DNA from: Nitrospirota bacterium
GTDB lineage: Bacteria; Nitrospirota; UBA9217
Direction of reading: 5' to 3'
NCBI GenBank assembly: GCA_035623825.1
Contig: DASPSR010000028.1
Span: 1 to 64,000, forward strand
Length of the DNA: 64,000 bases
Shown: piece by piece, positions 53,034-61,777 of the stretch
Numbering within the stretch: position 1 is the stretch's first letter
Layout of the letters: each line of letters begins with the position of its first letter
Position numbers and translations under genes: made by a program
The notes under the pieces: generated by a model
The model's input: the letters and a program-made list of their open reading frames with translations, nothing else
Told to the model about the DNA's origin: nothing
The model's database searches: none

Positions 53034-54968
53034 ATGAACACCATAAAGATATTCGGAGAATCCGGCATGATCAGCCAGGCCATGCGCACTGCCTACGAGC
53101 ACCGTCCTCAGCAGATTGAGATGACCGTGGCCGTGGAGAAGGCGCTCGGCGCAAAGACGCATTTGATCGTCGAGGCGGGCACGGGCGTGGGCAAGAGCCT
53201 CGCGTACCTCGTGCCGGTAATCCTCTGGGCCAGAGAGGAGAACTGCCGTGCCGTCATTTCCACTTACACCAAAGCGCTGCAGCAGCAGCTCGTGGACAAG
53301 GACCTGCCCTTTCTGAAAAAGGTGGTCGGCGACTTTCGATTTGCCCTGTGCGTCGGCGGCGAAAACTATCTCTGCCTCCGGCGGTTCGACAATCTTCGCA
53401 TGGGCGACCTCTATGAGCAGTCCGAGGTCCAGGCATTGAACCGGCTGTTCGAATGGTCCACCGTGACGCGAACCGGCCTGCGTAGCGACCTCGATATCGA
53501 GCCGCCCCCCGCTCTCTGGGGCAAGGCCTGCCGCCAAGCCGACCTCTGCTTCAGCAAGGATTGCGGTTTTTATAAGGACTGCTTCTATCAGAAGGCCAAG
53601 GCCTACGAGCAGCAGGTGCAAATACTCGTGGCAAACCATCACTTGTTCTTTGCAGACATGGCCACAGGCGGCAACGTGTTGCCGCATTATAAAGCAGTGG
53701 TTTTCGACGAAGCGCACCAGGTCGAGGAGGTGGCAACGGATTATCTTGGCGTCGAGGTTACAAACTTCTCGGTTCGCTATCTGCTCGACTCGCTTCTGAG
53801 CCAGCGAACGCGCAAGGGCCTGCTCACGCGCCTCACCGCACAGGGTGCTGGGACGCAGATCGCGCGAAACATGGTCGACGCTCTCCGGGTCATATCTGAC
53901 AATTTCTTCCTGAACCTCCATCCCCTCCTTCACAAGGAACCGGCAATCAGGATTCGGAGGCAGAACTCCGTCCCCGACATCCTGAGCGAACCCCTCACGG
54001 AGCTGAAAGACGCGCTCCTCGAACTTACGGTCGAGACGCACGAAGAGGAACTGGAGGTCAAGGCGTTTGCCGGCCGGGCGCAGACGCTTGCGACTGCCGT
54101 GCGCGTGAACCTCAACCAGTCAGCAGAGGGATTCGTGTACTGGGCAGAGCGGGAGAACATGCGGTACCGGCTTGTTGCCTCACCCATCGATGTGGCCGAA
54201 ACGCTGCGTGAGAATCTCTTCGGAAAATTGGAGGTGGCAGTCCTTACCTCAGCCACGCTCTCGGCGGCTGGAACTTTTACGTTTATCAAGAGCCGTCTGG
54301 GCCTGGACGCGCCCATGGAACTCTTGCTCGACTCGCCCTTTGACTTCCAGAACCAGGCGATGCTCTACATCGCGTCCGGCCTTGACGACCAGCAAACAGC
54401 AGGTTATCAGGAAAAGTTCGATGAAGAGCTGGTATCCGTGCTTGCAATCACAAAAGGAAGAACACTTGTGCTGTTCACGAGCTACGGTCAGCTCAGGAAA
54501 AGTGCCGAGACGTTGCGGCAAGAGATACCGGACCTCGGTTTGCTATGTCAGGGAGAGATGCCGGCCTACCGGCTTATCGAGCAGTTTAAAAGCGCGCCGG
54601 ATACGGTCCTCATGGGAACAGCATCGTTCTGGCAGGGCATCGACATTTCCGGCGATGCACTCCAGTGCGTTGTGATCGCGAAGCTCCCCTTCGCCGTTCC
54701 CGATGACCCTATCGTTGAGGCGCGCATGGAGCGGCTCAAGAATCCCTTTCTTGAATATCAGGTCCCGCAAGCCACGCTGCTGTTTCGTCAGGGCTTCGGC
54801 AGGCTTATCCGAACCAAGACAGACAAAGGCGCCGTTGCCGTGCTCGACTCTCGCATCATGACCAAGAACTACGGTAAATTGTTTTTGCGGTCTATCCCGA
54901 AATGCCGGATAACGGATGAAAGGGAAGATCTCAAGAATTTTTTTGAAGGGCTACGGAAAGCGCAATAG
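53034..54968 (+). CDS. DinG/YoaA family ATP-dependent Fe-S DNA helicase
   Basis: EAGTGVGKS, NYLC plus Cys cluster, DEAH, SATL, LFTSY, FWQGID, QG.GRLIR; start moved to MNTIK. Confidence 0.92.
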   Translation: MNTIKIFGESGMISQAMRTAYEHRPQQIEMTVAVEKALGAKTHLIVEAGTGVGKSLAYLVPVILWAREENCRAVISTYTKALQQQLVDKDLPFLKKVVGDFRFALCVGGENYLCLRRFDNLRMGDLYEQSEVQALNRLFEWSTVTRTGLRSDLDIEPPPALWGKACRQADLCFSKDCGFYKDCFYQKAKAYEQQVQILVANHHLFFADMATGGNVLPHYKAVVFDEAHQVEEVATDYLGVEVTNFSVRYLLDSLLSQRTRKGLLTRLTAQGAGTQIARNMVDALRVISDNFFLNLHPLLHKEPAIRIRRQNSVPDILSEPLTELKDALLELTVETHEEELEVKAFAGRAQTLATAVRVNLNQSAEGFVYWAERENMRYRLVASPIDVAETLRENLFGKLEVAVLTSATLSAAGTFTFIKSRLGLDAPMELLLDSPFDFQNQAMLYIASGLDDQQTAGYQEKFDEELVSVLAITKGRTLVLFTSYGQLRKSAETLRQEIPDLGLLCQGEMPAYRLIEQFKSAPDTVLMGTASFWQGIDISGDALQCVVIAKLPFAVPDDPIVEARMERLKNPFLEYQVPQATLLFRQGFGRLIRTKTDKGAVAVLDSRIMTKNYGKLFLRSIPKCRITDEREDLKNFFEGLRKAQ

Positions 54969-55069
54969 CCGCGATTCGATTGTGCACCGCCTCCAGACGT
55001 GCAGAGCCGGTAAGCAGGATTCAGCCGCTTTTTTGTCACTCAGGCTATTCAACGCTCCGCCTCCTGTGC

Positions 55070-57019
55070 TCAGGAGGAGCAATGCTTTTTGAATACCAGG
55101 AGGCCCAGGGGTGGCAGAGTGAGCGAGAGCGAATGTCGCCTGCCGTGGATGGGCACGGCTTCACCCTCCGCACCCCCTGAGTTCCCGTATCCATCACCTC
55201 CGTATTCCGTGGCGTCGCTGTTCAACACCTCTTTCCACCAGCCTCCCTCGGGGATCCCCACACGGTAGTTGATTCGCGCAAGGGGCGTGAAGTTGAAAAC
55301 CGCTAGGAATACATCCGTTGTTTTTCTGCTCCTGCGGATGAAACTGATGACGCTCTGCTCCTGATCGCTGAAATCGACCCACTCGAACCCCGTATGATCG
55401 AAATCGGTCTCATGGAGAGAAGGCTCCATGCGGTAGATCAGGTTCAGGTCCCGAACCCACTGCCAAACCCCGCGATGCTCTTGATAACGCAACAGGTGCC
55501 AGTCGAGGCTCCGTTCATGGTTCCACTCATTCCATTGCCCGAATTCGCCACCCATGAACAGAAGTTTTTTACCTGGGTGCAGATACTGCATGCCAAGCAG
55601 AAGACGGAGGTTGGCCAGCTTCTGTTTTCCATTTCCCGGCATCCTGCCTGCAAGGGAACCCTTGCCGTGCACGACCTCGTCGTGGGACAGCGGGAGCATG
55701 AAGTTTTCAAAGAACGAGTACCAGATGCTGAAGGTGATCAAGCCCTGGTGGTACTTGCGGAAGATCGGGTCCGTGGAATAGTATTCCAGCGTATCGTGCA
55801 TCCATCCCATGTTCCACTTCATGCCGAAACCGAGTCCACCCACGTGCGCCGGCCTTGAGACCATGGGCCAGGCTGTGGACTCCTCGGCAATTGTCTGAAC
55901 GTCTGGGAACATCCGGTATACTTCACGGTTCAGGCTCCGGAGGAAATCAATCGCCTCAAGGTTCTCATTGCCGCCATAGGAATTCGGAATCCAATCGCCC
56001 TCTTTGCGCGCGTAGTCGAGGTAAAGCATGGAAGCGACCGCGTCGATCCTGAGACCGTCGGCGTGATATTTGTCAAGCCAAAACAGGGCGTTGCTGATCA
56101 GGAAATTGCGAACCTCGTACCTGCCGTAGTTGAAAATGCAGCTGCTCCACTCCGGATGGAACCCCTTTTTTGGGTCCGCGTGCTCATACAAGTGCGTTCC
56201 GTCGAAATATACAAGGCCGTGGCTGTCGTCCGGGAAATGGGATGGTACCCAGTCGAGGATCACGCCGATCCCCTCCTTATGAAGGCGGTCGATGAGATGC
56301 ATGAAGTCCTGAGGACTGCCGTACCTGCTGGTGGGCGCGAAGTATCCGGTGATCTGGTAACCCCAGGATCCGTAGAAGGGGTGCTCCATCACCGGCGTGA
56401 ATTCCACGTGGGTGAAGCCCCCCTCCTTGAGGTACGTGGCGAGGGGGTCCGCCAGTTCCCGATACGTGAAGGAGCGGCTGTTCTCCTCGGGAATCCTGCG
56501 CCACGATCCGGGGTGGATTTCGTACACGGAGATCGGCGAGTTCAGCGAATTTCTGCCGTGTCGGTCTCTCATCCAGTCGGCGTCGCTCCACGCATACGAT
56601 GTATCCCACACGATTGATGCAGTTCTTGGCGGGACCTCCCAGAAGAACGCAAAGGGGTCGCCCTTGGTTGCCTCGTGATTATTTATGCGGGAGCGGATGT
56701 GATACTTGTACAGCGTTCCGCGAGATACCCCAGGGATGAAACCTTCCCATATGCCCGAGCCGTCATCCCTCACGCGAAGCGCATGAGAATTTTTGTTCCA
56801 TCCGTTGAAGTCTCCGATCACCGACACCTGTGCCGCATTTGGTGCCCAGACCGCGAAGAGGGTTCCTTCCATACCGTCCGAGGCCATGATGTGGGAGCCG
56901 AGCTTCTCATAGAGCCGGAAGTGGTTTCCCTCCTTAAAGAGGTAGATATCGTGGTCCGTCAGGAGGCTCACGCCGTGAAGCACGGCGCTCTTTCTTTTTT
57001 TCTCGCTTTTAACTTTCAT
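55070..57019 (-). CDS. glgB: 1,4-alpha-glucan branching enzyme
   Basis: WAPNA, SWGYQ, DWVPSHF, LRIDAVASMLY, AEEST, LSHDEVVHGK. Confidence 0.97.
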   Translation of the reverse strand: MKVKSEKKRKSAVLHGVSLLTDHDIYLFKEGNHFRLYEKLGSHIMASDGMEGTLFAVWAPNAAQVSVIGDFNGWNKNSHALRVRDDGSGIWEGFIPGVSRGTLYKYHIRSRINNHEATKGDPFAFFWEVPPRTASIVWDTSYAWSDADWMRDRHGRNSLNSPISVYEIHPGSWRRIPEENSRSFTYRELADPLATYLKEGGFTHVEFTPVMEHPFYGSWGYQITGYFAPTSRYGSPQDFMHLIDRLHKEGIGVILDWVPSHFPDDSHGLVYFDGTHLYEHADPKKGFHPEWSSCIFNYGRYEVRNFLISNALFWLDKYHADGLRIDAVASMLYLDYARKEGDWIPNSYGGNENLEAIDFLRSLNREVYRMFPDVQTIAEESTAWPMVSRPAHVGGLGFGMKWNMGWMHDTLEYYSTDPIFRKYHQGLITFSIWYSFFENFMLPLSHDEVVHGKGSLAGRMPGNGKQKLANLRLLLGMQYLHPGKKLLFMGGEFGQWNEWNHERSLDWHLLRYQEHRGVWQWVRDLNLIYRMEPSLHETDFDHTGFEWVDFSDQEQSVISFIRRSRKTTDVFLAVFNFTPLARINYRVGIPEGGWWKEVLNSDATEYGGDGYGNSGGAEGEAVPIHGRRHSLSLTLPPLGLLVFKKHCSS

Positions 57020-57530
57020 GCTGTCCCCTCCGCCAGTGCGGCATAAGTTAATATTACCACATTAACCGCATAAGGACATAGGTTCGCACGAAAAAAGCAG
57101 CAGATGAAGCGGCTCCGCATCTCTGAATCAAACTACAGGTGATGTCCATACCGCATTTCCCTGGTCTTTGTCTTTTTAAGCGGCTGCCTCTGCCTCTGAG
57201 CCCTAAGCCTTTGGATGTAATAGAGACGAACGAGTGGAAAAGATCTTACAAGATTTTAAAGGAATAAATGAGCTGGCCAAGATCATGCCGACTGGATATG
57301 CAGGCCTCGATCCATCATTTGCCGTCCGGTCGGGAGGCTCATGCACGTTTGGAATTTTTCGGGGGAAACGTCTGATGATGGCAACTGGTTCCTGCATGCG
57401 GTCGGATGGAGGGCCGGCTCCGGTATGGAGTCGGGCGGGTCATGAACTATCTTTCTGATGCTTAGCTACGAAAGTGCACATGAGGCCTAAGTTGCCCTGA
57501 GTGGTTCGCGATACGTGGCCCGATGACCTA

Positions 57531-58478
57531 CTAGGACGACGTCGGCCTGTCCAGAAGTTCAACAGGATAGCCGTGCTCGCGCCAGGCGCTGAGCCCCCCG
57601 GCAAGCGGTCGGACGCGGATTATCCCGCGCTGGATCAACTGCATTGCCACTCTGGCGCTCGACGCCTCGTTGGGACATGTGCAATAGAGGACCACCTCGC
57701 GCTCCCGCGGCATGTCCGGTTGCTGCTTTAAAGATTCCAGCGGAAAGTGCAAGGCGCCTGGAATAATATACGGGTCTGCCTCAAAGTCAAGTGTGTGGCG
57801 TACATCGAGAATTATGATATCTTCACCTGCATCAATTTTCTGTTTCAGCTGTACCGGGGTTATGCGGGCGCTGAAGAGCTGGCGCAAAAAACGTCGTCGC
57901 AGAGCGTACTTCCGAAGGATATAGAATGCCAGGCCTCCGACCAAAAAAATCAAAACCGTGTTGCCAAATCGCAGCGCAAAGAAAATAGCGTCGTCCAGTT
58001 GTTCGCTGAACACGTAGCCAAGGACCGTGAACGAACCAACCCAGAGAATCGCCCCCAGGGCGTCAAAGAACAAAAAACGTGACAGATGCATGCGGACGAT
58101 GCCCGCTAACGGCGTCGTTACAGCGCTCAGGCCGGGGATGAATTTTGTCACGAGCAGAGAACGCTCGCCATAGCGCGCAAAGATGACTTCCGCCTTCCTC
58201 ACGCAGTCGTCGGGCGCGAGAGAAATGCGGCAGAGCCAGGATAATATCCGGCCGCCGCTACGTCGGCCCATACCGTACCAGAAAACATCTCCCAGCAGCG
58301 CAGCACAGACCCCGAGGCCGACGCAGACAGGTAAGCGCAAGTGCCCCATGCCGGCCAGCGCCCCGGCAGCGATGAACAGCGGCGCGCTCGGCAGGGGAAG
58401 GCCGATTGTTTCTGCGAGAACCCATAAGAACAGCACGGTGTACCCGTGCTCTATCAGGAAGGGCAAAATTTCATGCAT
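57531..58478 (-). CDS. DedA (SNARE_assoc) membrane domain fused to rhodanese domain
   Basis: E.IGLPLP, GD..WY..GR, KFIPG; then LDVR, IPGA, LYCTCPNEASSA, L.GG..AW. Confidence 0.9.
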   Translation of the reverse strand: MHEILPFLIEHGYTVLFLWVLAETIGLPLPSAPLFIAAGALAGMGHLRLPVCVGLGVCAALLGDVFWYGMGRRSGGRILSWLCRISLAPDDCVRKAEVIFARYGERSLLVTKFIPGLSAVTTPLAGIVRMHLSRFLFFDALGAILWVGSFTVLGYVFSEQLDDAIFFALRFGNTVLIFLVGGLAFYILRKYALRRRFLRQLFSARITPVQLKQKIDAGEDIIILDVRHTLDFEADPYIIPGALHFPLESLKQQPDMPREREVVLYCTCPNEASSARVAMQLIQRGIIRVRPLAGGLSAWREHGYPVELLDRPTSS

Positions 58479-58613
58479 CCTTAATTCCGTGGTGTAAAAT
58501 GAGCATATTGCTGATTCTAGTCTTCACTGGAGCGACATCGGTCGATCCTTGAACGAAACTCCACTGCTAACATTTTACGCGCTGCTTTAATTTGCCGATC
58601 GGGTAATACCCTC

Positions 58614-59261
58614 TCAATAGGCATACTTTTCCAATTTCTCCAGCACTTCTACGTGCAGGAATTCTGAGGGAACAATACGGAACTCCACTATATTGCTTCT
58701 TGTCTCATTCGGGATGGTCGGTTGGACGGCGCTAGCAAAGTAGGGCGCATATCTTATACCGAGTTCGGGCTCCAAGTGAAACAGGGCATCCTGAATGAAC
58801 GCGGTCATTTGCTGCACTTTCATCCTCTCCATGATAGTAGCATCCGTCATCCCGTACGAAGGGTAGCGGCCGATGATCAGCACCTGGCTGATCTCGGACC
58901 TCATATGGTCATCCGTCATAAGGGACATAAAGATGCGGGAGACCTTCTGCAAATCTTCCCGTGCCGAGGCCTTCGGAGTTCCATCCTTAGAAAACAAAAG
59001 TGACGTATCCATGAGAATAGAACTCGTCTTGACCTTGAGTCCACTGATCGATTTTGCCCCGAATTCCTTCTCGAATATCGCGTTTATGCCCTTGGTAAAT
59101 TCGTTTCGCGGCTGTGAAAGCGCAAGGGCGGGTTCCAGAAACCGCTGGATCTTGACCGCCCGGTAATAGAGGAGTGCGCTCAACAGCACCAAACCAATCA
59201 GCGTGAAGCTGAGGATCGGTCCCGCGGGCGGCACATATTTCAGCAGGGCTTTGACGTTCAT
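58614..59261 (-). CDS. bitopic membrane protein with degenerate OmpA/MotB/ZorB-like domain
   Basis: One N-terminal TM; SLLFSKDG, ISQVLIIG and NIVEFRI echo OmpA-fold elements; ATGA overlap with the upstream regulator. The fold call is an inference. Confidence 0.6.
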   Translation of the reverse strand: MNVKALLKYVPPAGPILSFTLIGLVLLSALLYYRAVKIQRFLEPALALSQPRNEFTKGINAIFEKEFGAKSISGLKVKTSSILMDTSLLFSKDGTPKASAREDLQKVSRIFMSLMTDDHMRSEISQVLIIGRYPSYGMTDATIMERMKVQQMTAFIQDALFHLEPELGIRYAPYFASAVQPTIPNETRSNIVEFRIVPSEFLHVEVLEKLEKYAY

Positions 59262-60148
59262 GGTGCCGATTCCTCCAGGAGATTCAGCTTTTTGACGGCC
59301 GTTTTGAAGTCCGCCTCGGAGACGTTGGTCGGCTGATGGATGGCCTTATTCCGCAATCCCAGCAAATCACTGAAGAGTTCCCTTTTGAAGTGGCTGATGC
59401 GGCGTCCCTGCTCCATCTCTTTCAGGCCTTCGGAGAGTGCGGGGAACGTCCTGCCGGTCGCCGCCTGGGTGAATTCCTTCAGCCGATTTTCCAGATGATA
59501 TCCGAGCAGGAGGGCGGCCACGACCTTCTCCCCGGTCCTATAATATTCCAATGCCTGCTCGGCCGACACGTTGCCTTTGACGATGCGGATATTCTCCGTT
59601 GATTCGATTTCGCCAGGGGCCAGATGCTGTATTTTTTGATAGACCTCCAGGCACTTGTCAATCATGTTCTTCTCAAGATAGGTCTCGGCAAGGAGAAAAA
59701 GATCCCGGATGCTTTCCGCGCCTTCCTGCTGCTTCTTGGAAAAGGAATAGGCGCGACGGAGAGCATCCGTCTTGTCGTCCTTCTTGTCGAGCACGTCGAA
59801 ATGCCTGGCCCAGCGCTTGCCCTTCAGCACATTGTCCTTCGTGAAGCGGAAAAGTCGTTCCGAAACCTCGCTCTTGTCCAGCTTCCCGCTGATAACGATG
59901 ATGTTCAGCGTCGGGTGGGTTTCAAAGAGATCCGGCAAGGCGTCGATCCCTTCGTTCATCCGGTCGAACTCTATATCGAGCGTCATGAGGTCGAATACCT
60001 GAGTCGTCAGGACACGCAGTGCATCCCTGACGCTGACCGCCTCGTGAAACCGCAGGTCGGGCTCGTCACCCCCGAGCGCCCGCTGAATTTCGAGTTTGAG
60101 GAGCTCACGGTCCTCGTAGTCGTCGTCGGCGATGAGCACCTTAAACAT
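59258..60148 (-). CDS. response regulator REC-TPR-HEPN(DUF4145-like)
   Basis: VLIADDD, LDIEF, ISG, LDKK receiver residues; one TPR-like hairpin; C-terminal AALLLGYHLE..LK ... LRNKAIH. Confidence 0.8.
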   Translation of the reverse strand: MFKVLIADDDYEDRELLKLEIQRALGGDEPDLRFHEAVSVRDALRVLTTQVFDLMTLDIEFDRMNEGIDALPDLFETHPTLNIIVISGKLDKSEVSERLFRFTKDNVLKGKRWARHFDVLDKKDDKTDALRRAYSFSKKQQEGAESIRDLFLLAETYLEKNMIDKCLEVYQKIQHLAPGEIESTENIRIVKGNVSAEQALEYYRTGEKVVAALLLGYHLENRLKEFTQAATGRTFPALSEGLKEMEQGRRISHFKRELFSDLLGLRNKAIHQPTNVSEADFKTAVKKLNLLEESAP

Positions 60149-61175
60149 CGGGTGCCTCCTCGACGAAGGGAAGATTGATGATTATTTCCGTTCCAGTGCC
60201 GGGAGCCGTATATCCCTTGCCGATTCTGATTTTTCCGGCGTGGAGACCGACAACGTATTTGGCAAAATAGAGCCCCTGCCCCCAGCTCTCGCCGATGCCT
60301 CTCCCCTTATAAAAGCACTGGTCCGCTTGCTGCTCATCCATCCCGACTCCCTCGTCCCGTACGGAGACCGTCACATATCGTCTGCCGACGTCCCGGTCCA
60401 TCGCGCATGACACCTGAACGCGCGCGCGTGGCTGGCCCGGTTTTTTATACTTGACGGCATTGTCTATTACATTTTCAAACACCGTCTTCAGCAGCGGCGG
60501 TGCTGCATAGATCATTGGCACATTCATGCTCTCATGGATCGTGATGTCGGCGAGGTCGCCGTATTGAACTGCCAAGTCCCCAAGCATGGTCCTGAGGTCG
60601 CAATTCTTGAACTCGACCAGGCTCGCCTCGCGCTCATCGGATATTTTTTTAAATATCTGGATGTCGGCAAACAATTTGTCCAGATTGTCGTCAATGCGCT
60701 CTCTTGAGTCCTGCGGAAGACCGGGAAGCAGGTCGATCCTTCGCTTGATCCTCCCAAGGTTATTTTTGAATTCATGCCCTATCGTTGCAGAGATGTAGCG
60801 GATAAATTCGTTCCGCCTCGCTATTTCCTGGTTTTTAAGTACGAGCAGCATGTTCTCTCGCGCTCTCCTCTGTTTTTGCTGGTAGACGACGGAGAGATAC
60901 AGGCTGAAGGTGGTAAATGAAACGATCATGGTCACAAAAGCGTAATGGGCGATCCTGTTGGAGGCGTCGAGCTGTTCCTGCATGATGGAAAGGCGTTGGT
61001 CGAGGCTGGCCTCCGGAGGGGTCGCTCCCTTCCACGGCATCAGCCATAGTTCTAGACGACCAAAAGGCGGGATGAACCGGTCAAGGTAGACCATGCCAAG
61101 AACAAGCAATATAAACACCATCAGGGCGGTCAGCACCAGGGCCCTTAGCCTTTGATAAATGTCAGGGTCGGACAT
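60141..61175 (-). CDS. compact two-TM sensor histidine kinase
   Basis: Two TM helices, HEFKNNL H-box, ENVIDNAVKY, DEGVGM, G.GL; 8-nt overlap with the regulator. Confidence 0.9.
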   Translation of the reverse strand: MSDPDIYQRLRALVLTALMVFILLVLGMVYLDRFIPPFGRLELWLMPWKGATPPEASLDQRLSIMQEQLDASNRIAHYAFVTMIVSFTTFSLYLSVVYQQKQRRARENMLLVLKNQEIARRNEFIRYISATIGHEFKNNLGRIKRRIDLLPGLPQDSRERIDDNLDKLFADIQIFKKISDEREASLVEFKNCDLRTMLGDLAVQYGDLADITIHESMNVPMIYAAPPLLKTVFENVIDNAVKYKKPGQPRARVQVSCAMDRDVGRRYVTVSVRDEGVGMDEQQADQCFYKGRGIGESWGQGLYFAKYVVGLHAGKIRIGKGYTAPGTGTEIIINLPFVEEAPDV

Positions 61176-61414
61176 AATCATACAATTTATTACAAAACAC
61201 CGATTTTTACAACAGGAAAAGAAGCAGCACAATTGATGGTCTGTGCGGCCTCTGCACTTGTTCAGTGAGGCCCTATCTCTTCATGTGCCTCATGCTCACT
61301 GCGCCAAACAACTTTCGACTTTGCATTTTATACCGGCCTGACGCTCCGTCGCTCGGGCACCCTGTGCGTTGGCTGATTTCAAAAAAACCAGGGCAAGCAG
61401 TACTGTCCAGCGAA

Positions 61415-61743
61415 ACGGCGTAAAAAAATTGTTTGACACCTCCGACCGATCATAAAAGGTGGAACAGCGCCATGCCGGTCGGGAACAGTTAGAATAACAA
61501 CAGCATTGGCGCAAAACCAAAGTCGCTCCCAGGCCGTGTGTGAGGGAATGACACGGCAATCTTAACATCCGAAAGGGAGCAGATAGTGAGCCAGGGGTTC
61601 GGACGGCTCTGCAATGGGTTGCGGGTGCGAATAATGAAAACAACGAGCACCTGCATAGCCATGGACTCAATGAACCAACCTGTATGAAAGAGTGGTTTCA
61701 GCGTGAAAAACGGCAAGCATGACGAAGAAAGTGAGGAAGTCAA
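61415..61743 (-). pseudogene. mgtA: C-terminal remnant of Mg2+-transporting P-type ATPase (mgtA-like)
   Basis: DFLTFFVMLAVFHA, frameshift, LFHTGWFIES..QVLVVFIIRT..P..SRP, FGF.P, then VKQFFY in another frame; no N-terminal part. Confidence 0.8.
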
Positions 61744-61777
61744 GTCACCGTTCGTGCTAAAATAGTAAGATACTTCC

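Noticed and set aside
51602-54041. Long ORFs 51602-52849 (+) and 53019-54041 (-)
   Set aside because: Antisense to amidase/GerMN and dinG; no recognisable domains
57203-57458. Short ORFs between glgB and the DedA gene
   Set aside because: No RBS or family signature; a decayed fragment cannot be excluded
58614-61175. Calling the trio a Zorya system or flagellar stator
   Set aside because: No ZorA/MotA, no ZorC/D/E, and the TM Asp and peptidoglycan-binding motifs are absent; reported as a distinct candidate instead
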